Sequence record: OL770074.2
DNA length: 64,000 bases
Strand: one strand, 5' to 3'
Source of the DNA: Escherichia phage vB_EcoM-RPN187
Shown here: positions 56,001 through 64,000 of the stretch, piece by piece
Layout: each line of letters begins with the position of its first letter
How positions within the stretch are numbered: the stretch's first letter is position 1
Made by a program: the position numbers and the translations under genes
The notes under the pieces: generated by a model
Told to the model about the DNA's origin: nothing
Databases searched by the model: none
The model's input: the letters and a program-made list of their open reading frames with translations, nothing else

Positions 56001-56126
56001 CCATTATTTGATGCGTCCGGAACAACATTCTCTAGATTTAGAGATTTGGTTGAACAGCGGTTAATCGATAATGTAGGAAATCCAAGAGACCCCGTGAATC
56101 CACCACAGGTTAAATTAGATGAATGA
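53028..56126 (+). CDS. 7: baseplate wedge initiator gp7
   Basis: 1032 aa, the same length as T4 gp7; synteny 6-7-8. Confidence 0.9.
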   Translation: MTVKAPAVTSLRISKLSANQVQIRWDDVGANFYYFVEIAETKTSDGEIIPPANYRWINLGYTPNSNWFESSLDPLTSYIIRVSTAAEGFERSDWVYTEIFESFQTNAYTFQHMIEMQLANSFIREKFTNNNMAYVDFNNDTIMAALMNESFQFSPAYADISSIKNFIIGENEYHEIQGSIQQVCHDINRVYLMESEGILYLFERYQPVVKVSNDKGQTWKSVKLFNDRVGYPVSRTVYYQTDHTTYVLGYDKLFYGRKSTDVRWSADDVRFSSQDITFAKIGDQLNLGFDVEIFGNYASLPANVSRIAEAIVCNDDYVYVAARDKVRFIKTSNAPIDSDPLSPTYSERLFEQETFNITGNPKAVCYKMDSVGGKIFALIVGEVVNLNDDPRTTPIVDSADKGVYVLDHDAGTFKRVFGNTEEERRRIEPGYTSMSTDGVELSISSSNFKFLESDIVDDQKTQVKYGLNGAVKYEYPREWLADKHYHMMSFISTEDSQWESFTPQPMEYYAEPFFSYSRKSGTRCWINNSDKAVVIYSDLLYTKVIESHPLSSPDREVHEYWKDGDCTIVMPNVDFTGFKKYASGMIFYKASGEIISYYDFSYRVRDNVSIIWKPTNVFLTASLQNQEKDTTWSPVEENGIADPDLRPLLTTMMPESYLLDNTNFEAFCEAYIQYLSDGYGTHYNNLLNLIKNQYPREEHAWEYLWSEIYKRNIYLNAEKRDLVSRFFESRSYDFYSTKGTEASYKFLFKVLYNEDVEIEIESSSGTEYDIIIESDSLTEDLVGQTIYTATGRCNVTYIERSYSKGKLQWAVTIHNLLGRLIQGQEVKAERLPGFEGEIVRGIKGKELSQNNIDYINRGRAYYVMKIKSKLPSSRWKSDVLRFVHPVGFGFIAITLLTMFINTGLTLKHVETIINKYKNYKWDSGLPTKYADRVAKLDPQGNVEFDPITGEAIYEIGPMAGQDYPLPEDYNAENNNSIFQGQLPSERRKLMSPLFDASGTTFSRFRDLVEQRLIDNVGNPRDPVNPPQVKLDE

Positions 56127-57123
56127 TTCAAGTGTTATCTATCGTGCAATAGTTACATCAAAATTTAGAACAGAGAAAATGCTGAATTTTTATAATTCAG
56201 TTGGGGATGGAGATGATAAGAACTCCATTTATATTACGTTTGGACGTTCAGAGCCTTGGGCGTCAAATGAAAATGAGGTGGGCTTCGCCCCACCTTATCC
56301 TACAGATTCTGTTCTTGGTGTTACTGATATGTGGACCCATATGATGGGTATCGTTAAAGTTTTACCTTCAATGTTAGATTCTGTTATTCCTAGACGTGAT
56401 TGGGGAGATGTGCGATATCCAGACCCTTACACGTTTAGAATTAACGATATAGTCGCATGTAATACTGCTCCGTACAACGCGACAGAAGTTGGAGCTGGTT
56501 GGTTAATTTACCGTTGTTTAGATGTCCCTGACGTAGGGCTCTGTTCAATAGAATCTTTAGATAATAAAGATGAATGTCTTAAATTAGGTGGTAAATGGAC
56601 TCCGTCTGTTCGTTCTATGTCTCCTCCTGAAGGCAGAGGCGATGCTAATGGGGTTATCGAAACCGGTGATGGATATATTTGGGAATACCTTTATGAGATT
56701 CCTGCCGATGTGTCAATTAACCGTTGCACTAATGAATATCTTGTAGTTCCATGGCCGGAAGAAATTAAAGAAGACCCCACCCGTTGGGGATATGAAAATA
56801 ACTTAACTTGGCAACAAGATGACTACGGCTTGATTTACCGTGTTAAAGCCAATACGATGCGGTTTAAAGCATATTTTGATTCTGTTTATTTCCCTGAGGC
56901 GGCTTTGCCTGGTAACAAGGGTTTTAGACAGATATCAATTATCGCAAACCCGTTAGAAGCTAAGAAAAATCCAAATGACCCTAATGTTAAAGCAGAAAAG
57001 GATTATTATGACCCTAGAGACCTGCAGCGTCATTCCGGTGAAATGATTTATATGGAAAACCGACCACCTGTTATTATGGCAATGGACCAAACAGAAGAAA
57101 TTAACATTTTGTTTATGTTTTAA
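56119..57123 (+). CDS. 8: baseplate wedge protein gp8
   Basis: 334 aa, the same length as T4 gp8. Confidence 0.9.
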   Translation: MNDSSVIYRAIVTSKFRTEKMLNFYNSVGDGDDKNSIYITFGRSEPWASNENEVGFAPPYPTDSVLGVTDMWTHMMGIVKVLPSMLDSVIPRRDWGDVRYPDPYTFRINDIVACNTAPYNATEVGAGWLIYRCLDVPDVGLCSIESLDNKDECLKLGGKWTPSVRSMSPPEGRGDANGVIETGDGYIWEYLYEIPADVSINRCTNEYLVVPWPEEIKEDPTRWGYENNLTWQQDDYGLIYRVKANTMRFKAYFDSVYFPEAALPGNKGFRQISIIANPLEAKKNPNDPNVKAEKDYYDPRDLQRHSGEMIYMENRPPVIMAMDQTEEINILFMF

Positions 57124-57150
57124 TTAGGGAGCCTTCGGGCTCCCATTTTT
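57124..57150 (+). terminator. rho-independent terminator after gene 8 (GGGAGCC-ttcg-GGCTCCC plus U tract)
   Basis: Plus strand: GGGAGCCTTCGGGCTCCCATTTTTGT. Confidence 0.7.
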
Positions 57151-57155
57151 GTATC

Positions 57156-57163
57156 TATAAATA
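57156..57163 (+). promoter_or_regulatory. late promoter TATAAATA for gene 9
   Basis: Exact TATAAATA 33 nt upstream of the gp9 start. Confidence 0.6.
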
Positions 57164-57195
57164 GAATATAATATCGGACAACAAAAGGCAGAATT

Positions 57196-58068
57196 ATGGC
57201 ATTTTTTAAGCAAACTCCTAAACAATTAATCGATACCGGCGAAATTGGTAATGCCTCAACAGGTGATATCTTATTCGACGGTGGTAATAAAATAAATGAC
57301 GATATCAACGCTATTTACAATGCATTTGGCGATCAACGTAAAATGGCCGTAGCAGATGGAACCGGACCTACAGGTCAAACTATTCATGCCACAGGCTATT
57401 ATCAAAAAGGAAAGGCTGTCGATTATCAAACTCCTATTAAACCAGGCACAATGCATGATATTGATGCTTCTGATGGTGGTGTGATTGTTATTATTGACCG
57501 TCCTGAATTAGGTGACTCTGTAGAATTCATAAACTCTAATGGGTCTATTTCTGTTAACAATCCTTTAAGTATCCAAGTAACCGATGGTTCAATTAAAGGT
57601 GTTCTTAATAATCTTGTTATTTCCACCCCTTATACACATGTTGTTCTTCGTTGTATTGAAATTAATGGGCCAACTTCAGTATGGAATTATTCTACTGATA
57701 GCATGTTTGGACAGAAAGAATCTCCTGTCGATGGGACTTGGAGTCTTACAGGAAACACAGTTTCTATTCCTCTGTTTTATCGCACAGATTATAACATGGC
57801 TAAATTGCTTGTTACATGTCAATCCGCCGACGGTAGAAAAATAAAAACATGCGAAATAAATATTCTAATAGATACAATTAACTCAGAAGTTCTTTCTACC
57901 GAATTTGCAGTAATGCGAGTTGGTAATGTAGATGAAACCGACGAGATTGCTAATATTAGCTTTAGTATTATTAACAACTTTGTTACTATGACGATTACAT
58001 CTGATATTATTGGATTACGTTCAGCAGTTAAAATTATCTCAACTCAGAAAATTGGGGTCGCTCAATAA
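57196..58068 (+). CDS. 9: baseplate long-tail-fibre connector gp9
   Basis: LIDTGEIGNASTGDILFDGGNKIN...NAFGDQRKMAVA...KIGVAQ, close to recalled T4 gp9. Confidence 0.9.
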   Translation: MAFFKQTPKQLIDTGEIGNASTGDILFDGGNKINDDINAIYNAFGDQRKMAVADGTGPTGQTIHATGYYQKGKAVDYQTPIKPGTMHDIDASDGGVIVIIDRPELGDSVEFINSNGSISVNNPLSIQVTDGSIKGVLNNLVISTPYTHVVLRCIEINGPTSVWNYSTDSMFGQKESPVDGTWSLTGNTVSIPLFYRTDYNMAKLLVTCQSADGRKIKTCEINILIDTINSEVLSTEFAVMRVGNVDETDEIANISFSIINNFVTMTITSDIIGLRSAVKIISTQKIGVAQ

Positions 58069-59873
58069 TGAAACAAAATATTAAAATTGGTAACGTCGTT
58101 GATGACGGACAAGGCGATTACCTTCGTCGAGGTGGTGAAAAAATAAATGAGAACTTTGACGAAATCTATTATGAATTAGGTGATGGTGAAGTTCCTTATT
58201 CCGCTGGCGCATGGAAGACTTATGATGCGGCTGATGGTCTTAATCTTAATGCCGCTTGGGGTAAATCTTATGCAATTAATACTACTTCTGGGCGAGTTTC
58301 GGTAAATCTTCCTAAAGGGACAATTGCAGACTATAATAAAGTTATTCGTGCTCGTGACGTATTTGCAACTTGGAACATTAACCCTGTTACTTTAATTCCG
58401 GCAAACGGAGACACGATTAAAGGTTCTTCATCTCCGGTAGAAATTAACGTTCAGTTCTCTGATTTAGAATTAGTTTATTGTGCTCCTGGACGTTGGGAAT
58501 ACATCAAGAACAAACAAATTGATAAAATAGTTAGCTCTGACATTAGTAATGTTGCTCGTAGAGAATATCTGGTTGAAACCCAAGGTCAGACCGATTTCGT
58601 GGATGTTTTTAACGGGACCTCTTATAACGTTAATAACATTCGCGTAAAACATCGTGGCAACGAATTGTATTATGGTGATGTATTCAGTGATAATAGTGAT
58701 TTTGGTTCTCCAGGCGCTAATCCTGGTGAACTGGTTGCACTTGATGGATTTAATATTAGATTACGCCAACCATGTAATGTTGGCGACACTGTACAAATTG
58801 AGACATTCTTAGATGGTGTTTCTCAGTGGCGCAGTTCATATACTCGTCGCCAAGTTCGCATTTTAGATAGTAAATTGACCGCTAAAAAGTCTATTGATGG
58901 AAGTATTTACGTCACTGATTTGAGTACGTTCCGGTCTATTCCATTTACAGCATTTGGTATTAATCCTACGGAACCACCTAACCCGAATTCGTTAGAAGTT
59001 CGCTTCAATGGTATTCTCCAAGAATTAGCTGGTACTGTTGGAACTCCTATTTTCCGTTGTGAAGGTGTGGATGCTGATTCTGAAGAGACATGCGCTAATC
59101 TCGGTGGGACATGGACTCAATCATATACAGATTATGCGATTGAATATACTGATAATATCCCTAGCGCAATTTTGTTTGACCGTCAATTTGAAGACCAAGA
59201 CATTATTACCATCACATGGTTTAATAACGATTTAGGAACTCTTCTTGAAATGGAAGAAATCCTTGATGTCGCTGATGAGAAATATGTTTCTCAAGGGTCT
59301 AACATTGAAATTACTGGTGACGTTGCATTAACCGATTTCGATAAAATTGGATGGCCTAATGTAGAACCTGTTCCTAAGTATGAACGTGAATTCTCGACTA
59401 TCTCAGCAATATTTGATACAATTTATCCTGTCGGGACTATTTACGAAAATGCGGTTAACCCTAATAATCCGGCAACTTATTTAGGTTTTGGTTCGTGGAA
59501 AATTTGGGGACAAGGCAAAGTATTAGCAGGTTGGAATGATGACGCGTCAGATCCTAATTTTGCATTAAATAATAATGACCTTGACGTCAATGGTAACCCT
59601 ACTCATACCGCAGGTGGGACCGTTGGTGTAACAACCATCACATTAGAAAATGCTGATTTACCAGCTACACAAACCGATGAAAAGGTTCTTATTTCTGATG
59701 ATAATGGTACAGTAATTATAGGCGGTTGCCAATATGACCCAGATGAAGAAGGTCCTATTTACACTAAATATCGTGAAGACCATGCAAAGACTAATGGATC
59801 TCATGTTCCAGCGCGTTCTATAACTAATATTCAGCCATCTATAACTGTATACCGTTGGGTAAGGATTGCATAA
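58068..59873 (+). CDS. 10: baseplate wedge/tail pin gp10
   Basis: 601 aa; T4 synteny and size. Confidence 0.9.
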   Translation: MKQNIKIGNVVDDGQGDYLRRGGEKINENFDEIYYELGDGEVPYSAGAWKTYDAADGLNLNAAWGKSYAINTTSGRVSVNLPKGTIADYNKVIRARDVFATWNINPVTLIPANGDTIKGSSSPVEINVQFSDLELVYCAPGRWEYIKNKQIDKIVSSDISNVARREYLVETQGQTDFVDVFNGTSYNVNNIRVKHRGNELYYGDVFSDNSDFGSPGANPGELVALDGFNIRLRQPCNVGDTVQIETFLDGVSQWRSSYTRRQVRILDSKLTAKKSIDGSIYVTDLSTFRSIPFTAFGINPTEPPNPNSLEVRFNGILQELAGTVGTPIFRCEGVDADSEETCANLGGTWTQSYTDYAIEYTDNIPSAILFDRQFEDQDIITITWFNNDLGTLLEMEEILDVADEKYVSQGSNIEITGDVALTDFDKIGWPNVEPVPKYEREFSTISAIFDTIYPVGTIYENAVNPNNPATYLGFGSWKIWGQGKVLAGWNDDASDPNFALNNNDLDVNGNPTHTAGGTVGVTTITLENADLPATQTDEKVLISDDNGTVIIGGCQYDPDEEGPIYTKYREDHAKTNGSHVPARSITNIQPSITVYRWVRIA

Positions 59874-60532
59874 TGACTGTACTTAATACAAAGGCGGGAG
59901 TTATTTCCCGTCATGCTGATTTTTTGAATTACAGAAAAAATCCAGCTCAAATTGATGTTTTAAACAACCAAGCTGTAGGTTCCGTGACTATTTCTCAGTT
60001 AGCTCGCGGTTTTTATGATGCCAACGTAGAATCTGCAATAAATGATGTCCATAATATGGCACGAGCTGATATTGGTACTGTTGTCACAAACACTTCAGGC
60101 GTATCGCCTGAAGGTGCAGCACAAGTTGATTATTGGACTTTTTCCGGTGATGTTCTCGACGATACTTTGGACACTGGAACGCCAGTCGTTATTAACGTAT
60201 TTGGACTTGCCGTTAAAGCAACAATCGGTATGACTGATAACGAATTAACGGCACAAGTTCGTATAGCTTTACAAGAAGCCATTGCTAATCAAATCGCTAT
60301 TTCTTCTTATAAAGACCATCCGTCCGAAGGTAATAAACTTCAGGTGACATATTTAGATAACCAACGTCATGTGTTGCCAACATATGCTTCGTTTGGTGTA
60401 ACAATTTCGCAAGAAATTTTGTCTGAAGCAAAATCCGGATACGGAACATGGAATTTATTGGGTGCCCAAACGGTTACTCTTGATAACCATAGCACTCCTA
60501 CCGTTTTCTACCACTTTGTGAGAGCCTCATGA
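59873..60532 (+). CDS. 11: baseplate wedge/short-fibre connector gp11
   Basis: ATG at 59873 overlapping the gp10 stop (TAATG); about 219 aa. Confidence 0.88.
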   Translation: MTVLNTKAGVISRHADFLNYRKNPAQIDVLNNQAVGSVTISQLARGFYDANVESAINDVHNMARADIGTVVTNTSGVSPEGAAQVDYWTFSGDVLDDTLDTGTPVVINVFGLAVKATIGMTDNELTAQVRIALQEAIANQIAISSYKDHPSEGNKLQVTYLDNQRHVLPTYASFGVTISQEILSEAKSGYGTWNLLGAQTVTLDNHSTPTVFYHFVRAS

Positions 60533-62112
60533 GTAATAACAATACATACCAACACGTTTCAAACAAATCCATTTACGTTGAATTCGACCCCGTAGGGTCG
60601 AATTTTCCAGATACAGTCACTAATGTCCAAGCCGCATTAGCTGCTATTTCTCCTTCAGGTGTTAATGGCGTACCGGAAGCAACAACTACTACACCAGGAA
60701 TTATTCAAATAGCTACTCCACAAGAAGTTATTGATGGATTAGATAATAGTAAAGCTGTTACTCCGGCAACACTGAATGCTCGTCTACAATATCCTAATGC
60801 AACCGAAACTCAATACGGCTTAACTCGTTATGCTACTGAAGATGAAGCAGTAACCGGAGCTATTGACGATGCATCAATTACTCCGCTTAAATTGAATCAA
60901 AAAATAGACAATGTATTTCAGACAAAAGTGTCAACAGAAGCAACAAATGGTGTAATTAAAATTTCAACTTCTGCCGCGGCATTAGCTGGTTCTGACGATA
61001 CAACGGCAATGACTCCGTTAAAAACGCAACAATTAGCAATTAAACTTATTTCGCAAATTGCTCCAAATAATAGTGACGCCACCGAATCTATTACAGGTGT
61101 TGTTCGTTTGGCTACAGTTGCTCAAGCACAGCAAGGCACCCTGCGTGAAGGATATGCAATTTCACCTTATACCTTTATGAATTCAGTAGCGTCAGAAACT
61201 AATAAAGGTGTCGTTAAACTAGGGACACAGACTGAAGTAAATAGTAACAACTCTTCAGTTGTAGTGACCGGTGCAACATTAAACGGGCGTGGGGCTACAA
61301 CTTCTTTACGTGGAGTTGTTCGTTTAACTACACAAGCTGGTAGTCAATCAGGTGGTGATGGTTCTTCTGCCCTTGCTTGGAATGCTGATGTTATCCACCA
61401 ACGAGGTGGACAAACTATTAACGGCACGCTTCGCATTAATAATACGTTGACGGTTGGTTCTGGTGGAGCTAATATAACTGGTAATGTCAATATGACAGGT
61501 GGTTATATTCAAGGCAATCGTATTGTGACTCAAAATGAATTAGACCGAATTCTTCCAGTTGGCGCTATTACAATGTGGGCTGCGGATAGTTTACCGAGTT
61601 CTGACTGGCGCTTCTGTCACGGTGGGACTGTTTCTGCTTCAGAATGTCCGGTATATGCTTCCAGAATTGGGACACGATATGGTGGTAGTTCTTCTAACCC
61701 GGGCTTGCCTGATATGCGTGGATTATTTGTTCGCGGCTCAGGTCGTGGTACCCATTTAACTAACCCTAATGTTAATGGTAATGACCAATTCGGTAAGCCT
61801 CGTCTGGCGGTAGGTTGTACCGGTGGATATGTTGGTGAAGTGCAAAAACAACAGATGTCATATCATAAGCATGCTGGTGGTTTTGGCGAGCATGACGATT
61901 CCGGTGCATTTGGTAATACTCGTCGTTCAAACTTTGTTGGTACTCGTAAAGGACTTGACTGGGATAACCGTTCGTATTTTACTAACGAGGGATATGAAAT
62001 TGATCCAGCGTCTCAGCGTAACTCTAAATATACCATGAATCGTCCAGAATTAATTGGAAATGAAACTCGCCCATGGAATATTTCTTTAAACTATATCATT
62101 AAGGTAAAATAA
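60529..62112 (+). CDS. 12: short tail fibre gp12
   Basis: 527 aa, the same length as T4 gp12; repetitive Thr/Gly/Ala-rich fibre sequence. Confidence 0.9.
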   Translation: MSNNNTYQHVSNKSIYVEFDPVGSNFPDTVTNVQAALAAISPSGVNGVPEATTTTPGIIQIATPQEVIDGLDNSKAVTPATLNARLQYPNATETQYGLTRYATEDEAVTGAIDDASITPLKLNQKIDNVFQTKVSTEATNGVIKISTSAAALAGSDDTTAMTPLKTQQLAIKLISQIAPNNSDATESITGVVRLATVAQAQQGTLREGYAISPYTFMNSVASETNKGVVKLGTQTEVNSNNSSVVVTGATLNGRGATTSLRGVVRLTTQAGSQSGGDGSSALAWNADVIHQRGGQTINGTLRINNTLTVGSGGANITGNVNMTGGYIQGNRIVTQNELDRILPVGAITMWAADSLPSSDWRFCHGGTVSASECPVYASRIGTRYGGSSSNPGLPDMRGLFVRGSGRGTHLTNPNVNGNDQFGKPRLAVGCTGGYVGEVQKQQMSYHKHAGGFGEHDDSGAFGNTRRSNFVGTRKGLDWDNRSYFTNEGYEIDPASQRNSKYTMNRPELIGNETRPWNISLNYIIKVK

Positions 62113-63560
62113 TGACTGATATAACTCTGGTAGATTTACCATATGTTGACGGCCCACCAGACGCGGGTCAGAGTCGTATTGAATGGATTAAAAACGATGA
62201 AGAAATAACAGGTGCTGACACAAAATACGGTTCTGAAGGTGTAATGAACCGTCCTATTGTTGAAGTTCAACGTAACGTAGAAGCGTTAGATGTTAATATT
62301 AAAACTATAGCATCTTCTCTGAATACAGCCAATGAAGATATCAAAGTTATTCAAGGTATTTTAGATGTTTCTGGGGATGTTGATGCTCTTGCACAGATAG
62401 GCCAGAACACCCAAGATATCGATGTCATTAAAGTCACAGTTCAAACCCATGCTAGTGAATTGAATGATTTGAATGAACATATTGATGCGAATACTGATGA
62501 TATTGGTGTTTATAATCAGGAAACAGATTCAGTTTATAGAACTGTTCGTAACGACCTGCTTTGGATTAAAAATGAATTAGGACAATATACGGGTCAAGAT
62601 ATTAACGGGGTTCCTACTCCAGGAAATGATAGCACCGGTATGAAACGCCGTATTATGACTAATAGCTCCGTGATTGTTGACCACGGTGTTCGATTAACTG
62701 ATTTAGAAACTAAATTTGCTGATTCTGACGTCGGCTCTTTAACTAATGAAGTCGAACACTTACGCGAAGAAATGGGACCTCGCACTTCTTTCACTACTCC
62801 AGTATTTAGTCGTCTTTCCGGTATTGATTTAACTTTGTCGCGTCAAAATGCTGACTTGGATGGCATTAAACAGTCTATTGGGTATCCTAATACGACTTCT
62901 ATTATTACCACAACTAATGCGAATAGTTCAGCAATAAATGACATTAATCTTGAGCTCAATCAATCGGGCGGTATTAAACCTCGTTTGACTACAGTAGAAA
63001 CTGCCATTGGCTCTGATGATTTGCCTACTACAATCCAAGGACGTATTAAACTCAATACTGATGCTATCGGAGCATTGAACACTGTTGTCGGCTCTGATTC
63101 TTCGTCAGGATTGCGTTTTAATGTGTCATGGTTAAATAACGTAGTTGGTGTTGACGCTTCAGGTGGGAAACCGGAACCAGACGGCTCTTTGCTTTATCGT
63201 ACTCGAGTGCTTGAAGGATCTATCAGTGAGATGAGTAATGACATTCAGAACGTTCAAACTGATGTTGGGACTAATACCACAGGAATTAAGGGTTCTGTAA
63301 ACACATTAAATACTCTTATAAACGGCACCAACCCAAATGGTTCGACTGTTGAAGAACGTGGTATATTGCCTACAGTTAAAAGTCATGATACGACAATTAA
63401 TGGTTTAACTTCTAGAATTGCTACTCTTGAAACTGATTTGGCCGCTGCAGAAGCTGAAATCCAAACTCTTAAGGACGCTGGATATATTGAAGATGCTCCT
63501 TCAGACGGTAAATTCTATGTTCGCAAAGACGGTGCATGGGTTGAACTTCCTACAGCTTAA
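62112..63560 (+). CDS. wac: fibritin (whisker) Wac
   Basis: 482-aa coiled-coil protein ending in the foldon-like GYIEDAPSDGKFYVRKDGAWVELPTA. Confidence 0.9.
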   Translation: MTDITLVDLPYVDGPPDAGQSRIEWIKNDEEITGADTKYGSEGVMNRPIVEVQRNVEALDVNIKTIASSLNTANEDIKVIQGILDVSGDVDALAQIGQNTQDIDVIKVTVQTHASELNDLNEHIDANTDDIGVYNQETDSVYRTVRNDLLWIKNELGQYTGQDINGVPTPGNDSTGMKRRIMTNSSVIVDHGVRLTDLETKFADSDVGSLTNEVEHLREEMGPRTSFTTPVFSRLSGIDLTLSRQNADLDGIKQSIGYPNTTSIITTTNANSSAINDINLELNQSGGIKPRLTTVETAIGSDDLPTTIQGRIKLNTDAIGALNTVVGSDSSSGLRFNVSWLNNVVGVDASGGKPEPDGSLLYRTRVLEGSISEMSNDIQNVQTDVGTNTTGIKGSVNTLNTLINGTNPNGSTVEERGILPTVKSHDTTINGLTSRIATLETDLAAAEAEIQTLKDAGYIEDAPSDGKFYVRKDGAWVELPTA

Positions 63561-63562
63561 TG

Positions 63563-63585
63563 AAAAGGGCCTTCGGGCCCTAAAG
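63563..63585 (+). other. hairpin GGGCC-ttcg-GGCCC between wac and gene 13
   Basis: Perfect 5-bp GC stem with UUCG loop; no U tract, so a terminator role is uncertain. Confidence 0.35.
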
Positions 63586-63592
63586 GATTTAT

Positions 63593-64000
63593 ATGTCAGG
63601 TTATAATGCACAAAACCCTAAAGAATTAAAGGACGTAATATTACGTCGTTTAGGCGCTCCTATTGTAAATGTTGAATTAACTACAGATCAAATTTATGAT
63701 TGTATTTCACGAGCGTTAGAACTTTATGGCGAATACCATTTTGACGGGTTGAATAAAGGTTTCCATGTATTTTTTGTTGATGACGAAGAAAAATACCGTC
63801 ACGGCGTATTTGATATGCGTGGTTCTAACGTATTTGCTGTAACAAGAATTATAAGAACAAACGTTGGCTCTATTACTTCAATGGATGGTAATGCAACTTA
63901 TCCATGGTTCACTGATTTCCTTTTAGGAATGGCAGGTGTTTCAGGTGGTATGGGTAGTAATTGCGGTAAATTCTACGGCCCGAACGCTTTTGGCGCTGAT
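63593..64000 (+). CDS. 13: neck protein gp13, N-terminal fragment (runs off the window end)
   Basis: ATG at 63593 ([30 protein letters not shown]...); frame open to position 64000; follows wac as in T4. Confidence 0.8.
   Translation, partial: MSGYNAQNPKELKDVILRRLGAPIVNVELTTDQIYDCISRALELYGEYHFDGLNKGFHVFFVDDEEKYRHGVFDMRGSNVFAVTRIIRTNVGSITSMDGNATYPWFTDFLLGMAGVSGGMGSNCGKFYGPNAFGAD

Overview
This window is a contiguous piece of a T4-like (T-even) coliphage genome. Positions 1-47,864 are a minus-strand block of early and middle genes: the N-terminus of DNA polymerase gp43, regA, clamp loader 62/44, clamp 45, recombination nuclease 46/47, late sigma factor gp55, nrdH/nrdG/nrdD, endonuclease VII (49), nrdC, a long hyperplastic stretch of small or unassigned ORFs, rI, tk, regB, a GrcA-like glycyl-radical protein, ipII/ipIII, denV, lysozyme e, nudE, a 10-tRNA cluster, 57B/57A and genes 1, 3, 2, 4. 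Positions 47,926-64,000 are plus-strand late baseplate and short-tail-fibre genes (53, 5, 5.1, 5.4, 6-12, wac, start of 13). The content is T4-like but not T4: no a-gt between 47 and 55, an intron-less nrdD, two extra tRNAs (Tyr, Asn), and five extra proteins carrying the internal-protein capsid-targeting leader. Several unassigned ORFs carry enzyme signatures: a polymerase-beta-type nucleotidyltransferase motif, a macrodomain, two P-loop NTPases and a lytic transglycosylase. Most minus-strand intergenic spacers hold T4 early promoters (GTTTAC-N17-TAnnAT) with the -10 inside a hairpin loop, several as near-identical copies. I saw no CRISPR array, integrase or transposase. Nothing here can be shown to be novel without database searches; all homology calls rest on recalled T4 and E. 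coli sequences and on motifs read directly from the translations. The best candidates for an undescribed function are the nucleotidyltransferase-like ORF with its secreted and membrane neighbours, the expanded set of injected internal proteins, and the three large coiled-coil ORFs at 16.8-19.8 kb.
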